NCBI GenBank assembly: GCA_964567665.1
Contig: CAZMNN010000004.1
Coordinates: forward strand, 21,660-85,659
From: an uncultured Lentisphaeraceae bacterium
GTDB lineage: Bacteria > Verrucomicrobiota > Kiritimatiellia > RFP12 > UBA1067
Direction: 5' to 3'
DNA: 64,000 nt
Positions 56,680 through 64,000 of this stretch are shown piece after piece. The stretch's first letter is position 1, and each line of letters opens with the position of its first letter. Made by a program: the position numbers and the translations under genes. The notes under the pieces were generated by a model. It was not told the DNA's origin and did not search any database. It was given only the letters and a program-made list of their open reading frames with translations.

Positions 56680-57984
56680 GTGAAAGCGCGATACACAATA
56701 CCGTTGGGCTTTGTCGGGGTGATCCTTGCCGGTGCGGGGCTTCTGTCGCTTCCCGTCGCAGGTGGCCTTGGATTCATGGATGCGCTCTTCACCGCGTGTT
56801 CGGCGGTGTGCATCACGGGGCTGACGGTGATAGATCCGGCGGTCTCGCTTACCGTTTTCGGACAGGTGGTGCTGATGGCTCTTGTGCAGATTGGATGCAC
56901 TGGGATAATGACGTTCGGCACGTTCATCCTCGTGGTTGCCGGTCAGCGCCTTTCCCTTGACCAGGAGTTCTCGCTGTCGAACGCATATGGCGTGAAGGGC
57001 GTGAAGGGGTTTCGCGGACTTGTCCTGTGGGTTGTGCTGTCGATGGTTGCGATAGAGGGGCTTGGCGCATGGGCGCTGAACGCCGAACTGCACAGTCCGT
57101 TCCGTGCCTGCTTCTATTCTGTGATGTCGTTCTGCAACGCAGGTTTCACGATCGATCCGGGCGGGATATCTTCGTTCTCGTCTAAGCCGCTTCTGCTTCT
57201 TGCGATGGGGGCGCTGATAGTGACCGGCGGCCTCGGCTTCATGGTCATATACAATCTCTGCACGATAAAGTTCTGGCGGCGCTCGCTGATAAAGCAGGGG
57301 CGGCTCACGCTGCATACTCGGATCGTGGTGTGGACGACAGCCGCATTCGTGGCGGCGGCATTTGCGATATTCCTGGTGAGCGAACGCGATTTCTCCCTTG
57401 CCGAAATGCCCTGGGCGGAAAAGCTCGCCGTGTCGTTCTTTCAGGCGGTCACGCCGCGCACGAGCGGCTTTACCGTTGTTCCGCTTGAATCCATGCACCC
57501 CGTCACGCGCCTTGTCTCGGAACTGCTGATGTTCGTGGGCGGGGCGCCGGGTTCGGCCGCCGGCGGAATCAAGATAACGACGCTTGTCGTGATTCTCTTT
57601 ACGATTCATTCCTACAGCCGTCGCAGACGCGAAGTCGTGATATCCAAGCGTTCGATGCCGCCGGAGGTTATCCGCGAAGCGCTGATCATAACGTTCACGT
57701 TCTTTCTCTGCATTGCGCTGACGGCTGCCGCGCTTCTTGTGACCGAGAACGGACGGCCCGGCTACGATTTCGAGAAGCTGCTTTTCGAGTCCGTGTCCGC
57801 AGTCACAACCACAGGTCTGTCGTTCACCGGCGCTACGGAGGCGCTTTCGCTTCCCGGACGCTTCGTGGTGATGCTGGCGATGTTTGTCGGCAGGCTCGGC
57901 GCGTTGACCGTAGTGCTAATGATCGCCGGCGACAGCGAGCCTGAAACGGTCAGATACCCCAAAGAGGACGTGCTTGTCGGTTAG
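56680..57984 (+). CDS. trkH: TrkH/KtrB-family potassium transporter
   Basis: Repeated M-P-M motifs with selectivity-filter glycines (CNAGFT, RTSGFT, TTTGLSF). GTG start. Confidence 0.8.
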   Translation: MKARYTIPLGFVGVILAGAGLLSLPVAGGLGFMDALFTACSAVCITGLTVIDPAVSLTVFGQVVLMALVQIGCTGIMTFGTFILVVAGQRLSLDQEFSLSNAYGVKGVKGFRGLVLWVVLSMVAIEGLGAWALNAELHSPFRACFYSVMSFCNAGFTIDPGGISSFSSKPLLLLAMGALIVTGGLGFMVIYNLCTIKFWRRSLIKQGRLTLHTRIVVWTTAAFVAAAFAIFLVSERDFSLAEMPWAEKLAVSFFQAVTPRTSGFTVVPLESMHPVTRLVSELLMFVGGAPGSAAGGIKITTLVVILFTIHSYSRRRREVVISKRSMPPEVIREALIITFTFFLCIALTAAALLVTENGRPGYDFEKLLFESVSAVTTTGLSFTGATEALSLPGRFVVMLAMFVGRLGALTVVLMIAGDSEPETVRYPKEDVLVG

Positions 57985-58039
57985 TTCACTGTCCGTGCGG
58001 GCTGCGCTTGCGGTGTGATTACGCCTCCGCGCAGCCGTA

Positions 58040-58762
58040 TCAGCGGCGGAGTGTCCCCAGCAGATTCGTCTCGGCGGCCTTAAGGCATTCGAGCATCGTC
58101 TGCCCGTCCGATGCCGCACGGAGATCCGCAAGAAGCGTAGTGCCGTGGGCGAGCAGACACAGCCGTGCAAGCACGTGAAGATGAAGCCTGCGGTCGGTGC
58201 AGTTTATCAGGAAGAATATGTCGGTGCCTTCGCCGTCAGGTGCGCCGAAGAAGACGGGTCTTGCCGTCTTTCCGAGACAGAGGAACGATTCCGATACGAG
58301 GTATTCATCGTGGAACTTCACGTGGAGAAACGCCGCTCCGCCGCCGACAGCCGTGGAGGCCGCCTCCTCTCGCTCCGTCAATCCGCGGAAAAGGGCATCC
58401 TTGTCATACACCTTGCCGGTGGATTCCGCGAGGTCTGTCATGTCTCGCAGCACACCGCCCTTGTTCTTCGCGCTCAGTTCCGGATTGATGGCCTCAATGG
58501 AGAGAAAGTCCGATATGCGCACTTCGCCGGAGGATTTTGCGCGTTCGGACATCGCATGGGCGTGTTCGCCGGTTAGCTGTTTCGGGTGCAGTCCGATCAT
58601 CCGACGCTGTGCCCACTCGCCGAGAAGCTGACGGTCGAAGAAGAACTCGTCGCCGCGCTTCATTGACGGCACTTCCTCCCTCTGAGCAAAATGCTTGAGT
58701 TCCAGCGCGTCCATGTGCAGACGCGCAGCGGCGGACTTGAGATCTATGAATCGCGGTTCCAT
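58040..58762 (-). CDS. HTH-domain protein fused to a PTS EIIA(Ntr)/fructose-type IIA domain
   Basis: N-terminal excisionase/MerR-like HTH (LKSAAARLHMDALELKHFAQREEVP). C-terminal EIIA-2-like region containing ...GGGAAFLHVK... Confidence 0.65.
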   Translation of the reverse strand: MEPRFIDLKSAAARLHMDALELKHFAQREEVPSMKRGDEFFFDRQLLGEWAQRRMIGLHPKQLTGEHAHAMSERAKSSGEVRISDFLSIEAINPELSAKNKGGVLRDMTDLAESTGKVYDKDALFRGLTEREEAASTAVGGGAAFLHVKFHDEYLVSESFLCLGKTARPVFFGAPDGEGTDIFFLINCTDRRLHLHVLARLCLLAHGTTLLADLRAASDGQTMLECLKAAETNLLGTLRR

Positions 58763-58775
58763 TGCTGTTGCGGTG

Positions 58776-59243
58776 TCACTTGAATCGGCGGCAGACGACC
58801 CCGGATTCCTTGAACATCTTCTTTACGGCGTCCTGATACGGATAATCGCCTCCGTACACGACTTCTTTGATTCCGGAGTTGATTATCAGCTTTGCGCAGG
58901 TCAGACACGGGGAGATCGTAACATAGATCGTCGCGCCGGCCGTTGCGTGTCCATAGTACGCAGCCTGGCAGATTGCATTCTGCTCGGCATGTACGCACAG
59001 GCATTCCTCAAGATGTTCGCCGCTCTTCACGTGTCCTGCGCAGCGCGGACATCCACCGGCGAAGCAGTTTTTCACGCCGCGTGGCGTACCGTTGTACCCG
59101 GTGGAGATTATGTGATTCGACTGCACGATGACTGCCGCCACCTGACGGCGCGAGCAGTTCGAGCGCTTGGCCACGACAGCGGCGATTTCCATGAAGTATG
59201 CATCCCATCCGGGACGCGGATCTGCAATCTGCCTCTTTCTCAT
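58776..59243 (-). CDS. dCMP deaminase (ComEB/CDA-fold zinc deaminase)
   Basis: HAEQNAI...PCLTCAKLI zinc-binding motifs. 155 aa, housekeeping size. Confidence 0.8.
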   Translation of the reverse strand: MRKRQIADPRPGWDAYFMEIAAVVAKRSNCSRRQVAAVIVQSNHIISTGYNGTPRGVKNCFAGGCPRCAGHVKSGEHLEECLCVHAEQNAICQAAYYGHATAGATIYVTISPCLTCAKLIINSGIKEVVYGGDYPYQDAVKKMFKESGVVCRRFK

Positions 59244-59335
59244 GTGCGATATTTTAGCATAACTCGAAATGCTCCGCCCGACAAATGTCGGTAAGTAAAA
59301 ATGTGTCGCTTGTGGGTAGAAAAAAAAAATAGATT

Positions 59336-59344
59336 TGCTATAAT
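59336..59344 (+). promoter_or_regulatory. extended -10 promoter TGCTATAAT for the glycine-rich gene
   Basis: Ends 43 nt before ATG 59388. A GGAGG RBS lies in the leader. Confidence 0.55.
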
Positions 59345-59387
59345 GTCTTGCGTTTTAAGTGTGTTAGACACATTGGAGGTGAAGCGG

Positions 59388-61097
59388 ATGAAAGTCTTGA
59401 ATCTTTTGGCAACAGCCTTGGCGTGTTCGGTTTTGCCGGTCATGGCAGAGAGACCGGCAGACATCTCAGCGCAAAATGCGGAAATCATATTGCTTGAAGA
59501 TGCCACTGCATACTCATTTCGCACCAATGGTACTTTGACCGTTTCCGAACCCGGAAGCATTGACGTCCTTGTTGTGGGTGGTGGCGGATGCGGCGGAACC
59601 ACCAAAGGCGGCGGCGGTGGCGGCGGCGGCGTCCTGTACCGGACGAACTGCATCGTGTCCGCCGGAGTGTATGACGTGGTTGTCGGCGGCGGTGCTGTCG
59701 CGGAAGGCGTATTGGCCGGCTCGTCGTCGGTGTTTGGCTTTGTCGCGCAGGGCGGCGGGAATGGCGGCGGAACCCGCAACAACGGCAAGGACGGTGCGTC
59801 CGGCGGCGGAGGAGGAGGATTTGACCAGACGTCTCTCATCTCCGGCGGTGCAGCGACAAACGTTGCGGCCGGCGTTCTCGGCAACTCCGGCGGTAAGGCG
59901 TATGCGGCCGTAGGTGGTGGCGGTGGAGGAGCCGGTTCGCCCGGTGGGGATGCCACATCCGTTGGATCCAGCATTGCGGCGGGCGCAGGTGGAGATGGTT
60001 TCGAGTGCGACATAACCGGTTCGTCCGTCGTCTATGGTGGCGGTGGCGGCGGCGGAGGTGCTGGCTATAATGGAGGAGCGTCCGTCGGCGCGGGCGGCCT
60101 TGGCGGCGGGGGTTCAGGCGGACGCGCCAAAGATGGTGAGAACGGCACCGATGGCCTTGGCGGTGGAGGTGGCGGAGGCGGCAACTCCGGCAACACAGGT
60201 TATGTCGGCGGCAAGGGAGGATCGGGCGTGGTTGTCGTCCGTGTCGCAAGACGGACATATAAGACGCAGATGGAGAATGTCGTCGGTGGAGAGAGGAAAA
60301 GGTCTGGGGCTTATGTTGTCCACACTTTCCTTTCCGATGGCGAAATCCAGTTCCCTGAACATGGCAGGGTTGACGTCCTTGTGGTGGGCGGCGGCGGATG
60401 TGGCGGATCCAACCGTGGCGGTGGAGGTGGTGGCGGCGGCGTCCTGTACCGGACGAACTGCATCGTGTCCGCCGGCGTGTATGACGTGGTTGTCGGCGGC
60501 GGAGCCGTCGCGGGAGGCGCACAGGCGGCCGGCTCGTCATCTGTGTTTGGCTTTGTTGCGCAAGGCGGCGGGAACGGCGGCGGAATCCGCAGCAACGGCA
60601 AAGACGGCGCGTCCGGCGGCGGAGGAGGAGGATTTGACCAGACGTCTCTCAACTCCGGCGGAGCTGCGACAAACATTGCGGCCGGCGTTCTCGGCAACTC
60701 CGGCGGCAAGGCGTACGCAGCCGTCGGAGGAGGTGGCGGTGGAGCCGGTTCGCCCGGTGGGGATGCCACATCCGTTGGATCCAGCATTGCGGCGGGCGCA
60801 GGTGGAGATGGTTTCGAGTGCGACATAACCGGTTCGTCCGTCGTCTATGGTGGCGGTGGCGGCGGCGGAGGTGCTGGCTATAATGGAGGAGCGTCCGTCG
60901 GCGCGGGCGGCCTTGGCGGCGGGGGTTCTGGAGGACACACCCAAGACGGTGAGAACGGCACCGATGGCCTTGGCGGTGGAGGTGGCGGAGGCGGCAATTC
61001 CGGCAACACAGGTTATGTCGGCGGCAAGGGAGGATCGGGCGTGGTAATTGTCCGATATCTCCGCGTCACATACGGCATGAGAATCATGCTTCGCTGA
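59388..61097 (+). CDS. secreted glycine-rich-domain protein with two tandem ~270-aa Gly-rich modules (PF12810-like; ALK/LTK-type glycine-rich domain)
   Basis: Signal peptide MKVLNLLATALACSVLPVMA, then two nearly identical modules (VLVVGGGGCGG...GGGGGGGGVLYRTNCIVSAGVYDVVVGGGAV...GYVGGKGGSGVV). The longest ORF starts at 59301. Ends ...RIMLR. Confidence 0.8.
   Translation: MKVLNLLATALACSVLPVMAERPADISAQNAEIILLEDATAYSFRTNGTLTVSEPGSIDVLVVGGGGCGGTTKGGGGGGGGVLYRTNCIVSAGVYDVVVGGGAVAEGVLAGSSSVFGFVAQGGGNGGGTRNNGKDGASGGGGGGFDQTSLISGGAATNVAAGVLGNSGGKAYAAVGGGGGGAGSPGGDATSVGSSIAAGAGGDGFECDITGSSVVYGGGGGGGGAGYNGGASVGAGGLGGGGSGGRAKDGENGTDGLGGGGGGGGNSGNTGYVGGKGGSGVVVVRVARRTYKTQMENVVGGERKRSGAYVVHTFLSDGEIQFPEHGRVDVLVVGGGGCGGSNRGGGGGGGGVLYRTNCIVSAGVYDVVVGGGAVAGGAQAAGSSSVFGFVAQGGGNGGGIRSNGKDGASGGGGGGFDQTSLNSGGAATNIAAGVLGNSGGKAYAAVGGGGGGAGSPGGDATSVGSSIAAGAGGDGFECDITGSSVVYGGGGGGGGAGYNGGASVGAGGLGGGGSGGHTQDGENGTDGLGGGGGGGGNSGNTGYVGGKGGSGVVIVRYLRVTYGMRIMLR
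59559..61075 (+). repeat. tandem direct duplication, period 810 bp (two copies) inside the glycine-rich gene
   Basis: gtcctgtaccggacgaactgcatcgtgtccgcc recurs at 59631 and 60441, and long stretches are near-identical (for example 59909-60120 versus 60719-60930). Confidence 0.85.
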
Positions 61098-61120
61098 TGT
61101 GCCGAAGAGGGGATGTGCGA

Positions 61121-64000
61121 ATGAGAGGTGTCATTTCGGCGATTGCCGCCACCTGTGCGATATGCGGTGCGTCGGCGGCAGAGACGTTTGTGTTCCCGGC
61201 AACGGGAAGGACGGCCATTTCATATTCTGATCGGCTTGAGGTGACACCGCTCGAAGATGGCGTCTCGGAGTTTACCTGTACGGCGGAGACGAAGCCGCGC
61301 TGCAGCAAGGACGGCATTGTGACAAATGCGGCGGAAAGGCCTTTCGTCACTTTCTTCCGTGAACGGGCGGTGAATGTCGCACCGCTTGCCCATGTCACCG
61401 TATCGTCGAGGGGAACGAAGTCCACCGGTTTTCACCCAATCCCAAATCTCAACGTCCCTGCCGCCTTGACCGATGGCGTAGCCAATCCGAGGAAGAACTT
61501 CAGCTTTGCGGAACGCAAGGCACCGCCGACGCGCACGGATCCGGAATGGATTGTCTTTGATTTCCAGAAAGACGTTCCGCTTTCAGGTGTTTTCACGCTC
61601 TGTGGGGACTGGGAGTCGTTTCCTCGCGGACGCGATGTGATTGTCCAGTCCTACGCCGGAACGGGCGATCCTCGCATTGATTCTGACGAAGCGAACTGGC
61701 GTGACGCAGACGGGGCTTGGTCGTCGGATCCGGAATACTCGAACTCGCTGTTTCGTTTCTGGCGACTGTGGACTGCGTCGAAGACGGTGACGAACCGTGC
61801 GTACAGGTTGCTCTTTGTCGGACCGGGGCTTTCGCTGCATGGACGGTCAATCAGAAATCCGAATCTCAATCCCACCCCAGGACTTGCCGAAGTCGCACTC
61901 CTTTCTCCTGCGACGGAACATCGCGCACAACGACAAGCCGAGACTCCGGGTGTTCCGATCAGGTTCACGATGCCTTTTGACGGACGTGTCACGATCCAGA
62001 TCCGCAACGACGCCGGAGAGGTTGTCGCAAATCCGATAGTGGATGCCCCGTTTGCCGCCGGAGCGGCGGAGGCGCACTGGGATCTATCGGATTTTGACGG
62101 GAATCCGATACTGTCGCCAGGTGCGTATAGATGGCATGGCGTCGCCATTCCGCCGCTGACTGTCGATTATCTGTATTCGTACTATCCGCTTGGCATTCCG
62201 GATGACAGGCGGGCGTGGCTTACGTCTGATCGTACCGGCGGTTGGCTTGCAGACCACGACCCGCCGCGAGGTGTGGTGCGCGATAGCATGACGATGTGGC
62301 TGAACGCATGGGCGGAGGCCGGACACAGCGTGATCAACACGGATATGGACATGAAGAAGCTTTGGGGAAACGACCGCTTCTGGCTTGCCGTTCCGCAGGA
62401 GATATGCGTTGAGGACGGAATCTGCTACGGCTATTCTCAAGGTGGGTGGAACGGAACCGACGAGGAGATCATCGCAATCGATCCCAAGCGTGGCTACGCA
62501 TCGAAAAAGGTCTTTCTGCTCAAGAATCCGTCCGGCCCATCCGTGTGGGGACACAATTCGACAATCGCTGGATTCCAGGTTGTCGGATCAAAGGCATTCG
62601 TCTCGCGGGCCGCCGAAAACGAGATCCGCGTCTACGACATTTCAAAAGGACAGGCTGCCCCTGCCAGATCCTTTGGATGGGACATCGTTCACAGGCAGTT
62701 CGAGGAGCTTGTGCCGAAGGAGCTTGCCGTCATCAAGATTGCGAATCCGGGGCGCATACGGAAGCGTCCCGATGGTCGCCTGGCAGCCGTCTCCGGTGCG
62801 TCAATCGTCACGATCGATCCCGCTACGTACGCCGTCTCCACGAATTTCGTGACGGACATTGAGACTCCGCTTGGCTTTGATGCGGCGCCTGACGGGACGT
62901 TCTGGATCGGCGCCGGTGAACCGCGCCATCAGGTGTTCGGATATTCGGCGGATGGCGTACGTTTGGCGGTGCTTGGAAAGCCTGGCAGACGTCGCATCGG
63001 GCCATGGAACGAAAACGACCTTGAGGAGCCGGCCGGTGTTGCGATGGACGCGAAGGGGCGCATCTGGGTTGCCGAACATACGCATTGGGAAAAGCGAGTG
63101 AGCGTATGGGACGTCAAGACTGGTCGCGTGGTGAATGATGTCATCGGCCCTACGCAGTACGGTGGCGACGGGTCTATCGATCCGGGAAACGAAAACCGGC
63201 TTTTCTACAGAGGTCTTGAGATCCGCCGAAATCCGCGTACGGGCAAGATGCGTCCGGTGAACCTGATATACCGTCCTGACGCGCCTGAGCTTCCGGCGTT
63301 TCCGGTCGGGGACTGTCCAAGCTATGCGTTCCGCTCTCGTGGAGCGCTGTGGTTCACGAGCTTTCAGCCGCCGCACGGACATCCGACATGCGTTCTCTGG
63401 AAATACGAAAAGAACAGGGTTCGGGCGGTGGCAGCAGTCGGGGCTGTCAGCGGCGGCGTCACGAATGCGATTCCGTTTCTCAAGCAGGAGCGTGGGCGTC
63501 TTTTTGCGTGGACTGATCTCAACGGCAACGGGAAGATCGACCGTGATGAGGTCAAGTCTCGCATCGTCCTTTCCGATGGCAGCCCGATAGATGGGATAGC
63601 CCCTGGATGGAACTGGCGGATGAATGCGAATTTCGAATGTGCCGCAGTGACCGATCTGTACAAGACGGGAAGGCTTGTCGTGTTTCGTCCCGAAAGGTTC
63701 ACGCCCGCCGGAATTCCGGTCTACGATGTTCCTGCCGAAACGCATCCTGGCCTCCTGAACGTCCAGGGTCTTATGCCAGACGCGAACGGCAACATCATCG
63801 CGCTCGGCAAGCCGCTTGTTTCGCTGACGCCGAATGGTAAAGTCCGCTGGCGATACCGCAATGACTGGCCGGGACTTCATGCCGGACACTCCACTACTGC
63901 GGCGGGCGATGAACTCGGCGTTCTGATCGCGCCCACGCGCATCTGGGGCATCGTGAAGACGGCCGGAGAGGCTGGCGAAGTAGTCGCGTTCAACTCCAAT
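61121..64000 (+). CDS. large secreted hypothetical protein (3' end beyond the window), with an Ig-like/FlgD-like module and a beta-propeller-like C-terminal region
   Basis: Continuous open frame from ATG 61121 to the window end, with a GAAGAGGGGA RBS. It is absent from the ORF table only because it has no stop. Signal peptide MRGVISAIAATCAICGASAA. Confidence 0.65.
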   Translation, partial: MRGVISAIAATCAICGASAAETFVFPATGRTAISYSDRLEVTPLEDGVSEFTCTAETKPRCSKDGIVTNAAERPFVTFFRERAVNVAPLAHVTVSSRGTKSTGFHPIPNLNVPAALTDGVANPRKNFSFAERKAPPTRTDPEWIVFDFQKDVPLSGVFTLCGDWESFPRGRDVIVQSYAGTGDPRIDSDEANWRDADGAWSSDPEYSNSLFRFWRLWTASKTVTNRAYRLLFVGPGLSLHGRSIRNPNLNPTPGLAEVALLSPATEHRAQRQAETPGVPIRFTMPFDGRVTIQIRNDAGEVVANPIVDAPFAAGAAEAHWDLSDFDGNPILSPGAYRWHGVAIPPLTVDYLYSYYPLGIPDDRRAWLTSDRTGGWLADHDPPRGVVRDSMTMWLNAWAEAGHSVINTDMDMKKLWGNDRFWLAVPQEICVEDGICYGYSQGGWNGTDEEIIAIDPKRGYASKKVFLLKNPSGPSVWGHNSTIAGFQVVGSKAFVSRAAENEIRVYDISKGQAAPARSFGWDIVHRQFEELVPKELAVIKIANPGRIRKRPDGRLAAVSGASIVTIDPATYAVSTNFVTDIETPLGFDAAPDGTFWIGAGEPRHQVFGYSADGVRLAVLGKPGRRRIGPWNENDLEEPAGVAMDAKGRIWVAEHTHWEKRVSVWDVKTGRVVNDVIGPTQYGGDGSIDPGNENRLFYRGLEIRRNPRTGKMRPVNLIYRPDAPELPAFPVGDCPSYAFRSRGALWFTSFQPPHGHPTCVLWKYEKNRVRAVAAVGAVSGGVTNAIPFLKQERGRLFAWTDLNGNGKIDRDEVKSRIVLSDGSPIDGIAPGWNWRMNANFECAAVTDLYKTGRLVVFRPERFTPAGIPVYDVPAETHPGLLNVQGLMPDANGNIIALGKPLVSLTPNGKVRWRYRNDWPGLHAGHSTTAAGDELGVLIAPTRIWGIVKTAGEAGEVVAFNSN

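Noticed and set aside
58776-59243. dCMP deaminase as a dCTP-deaminase-type antiphage gene
   Set aside because: It is only 155 aa, with no fused kinase or other N-terminal domain and no defence-island context, so it looks like a housekeeping ComEB/dCMP deaminase.
59240-60826. Pro-rich ORFs (PPPPPP runs) on the minus strand, 59240-60013 and 60311-60826
   Set aside because: They are reverse-complement frames of the GGC/GGT-rich glycine codon repeats of the plus-strand Gly-rich gene, and they are duplicated for the same reason. The plus-strand gene has the promoter, RBS and signal peptide.
62801-63889. 362-aa minus-strand ORF near the window end
   Set aside because: It is antisense to a continuous >950-codon plus-strand frame (61121 to end) that has an RBS and signal peptide. 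The plus-strand ORF is missing from the table only because its stop lies beyond the window.
1-64000. CRISPR arrays, IS elements, integrases, rRNA operons, PEP-CTERM/LPXTG/T9SS sorting tags
   Set aside because: I looked for them. There are no regularly spaced short direct repeats, no transposase or integrase-like ORFs, no rRNA-like conserved stretches, and none of the classical C-terminal sorting motifs at the ends of the secreted proteins.

Overview
This 64-kb window is a gene-dense, high-GC (roughly 60%+) bacterial chromosomal segment. It carries core metabolism genes on both strands: argG, truA, pyrD, folP, a truncated gltB, carA, nagB, nadC, deoA, a type-III glutamine synthetase glnN, purF, asd, ctp, dapF, a MurC-MurB fusion, pal, tatA/tatC, trkH and a dCMP deaminase. 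Between them sit very large secreted proteins that look carbohydrate-active or adhesin-like: a 1240-aa autotransporter-repeat protein, a DUF4838/CBM9-like protein, a 1103-aa protein with three CBM4/9-like modules, a 1198-aa glycoside hydrolase-like protein, and a glycine-rich protein with an internal tandem duplication. There is one tRNA cluster (Arg-UCU, a CAU tRNA resembling tRNA-Ile2, His-GUG). I found no rRNA, CRISPR array, IS element, integrase or recognisable defence or toxin system. The most distinctive regulatory signals are three sigma-54-type promoters placed in front of gltB, carA and glnN, and a recurring extended -10 promoter (TGnTATAAT) that in several cases sits only 7-15 bp from the start codon. 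Other unusual items are a glutamate synthase ORF that stops mid-protein 5 bp from a convergent folP, an 810-bp recent tandem duplication inside the glycine-rich gene, a ~1-kb AT-rich island with gene debris, a strand-asymmetric GT-rich then CA-rich intergenic element, several secreted proteins ending in hydrophobic-hydrophobic-[IL]-R, and an orphan radical-SAM/SPASM gene beside a CPBP protease. The gene content (GS-III, Tat-signal Gfo/Idh/MocA plus xylose-isomerase-like pair, autotransporter-associated beta-strand repeats, DUF4838) suggests a PVC-superphylum-like organism; that is inference only. I could not identify one discrete 'novel system' from sequence alone, so the candidates are ranked in the findings.
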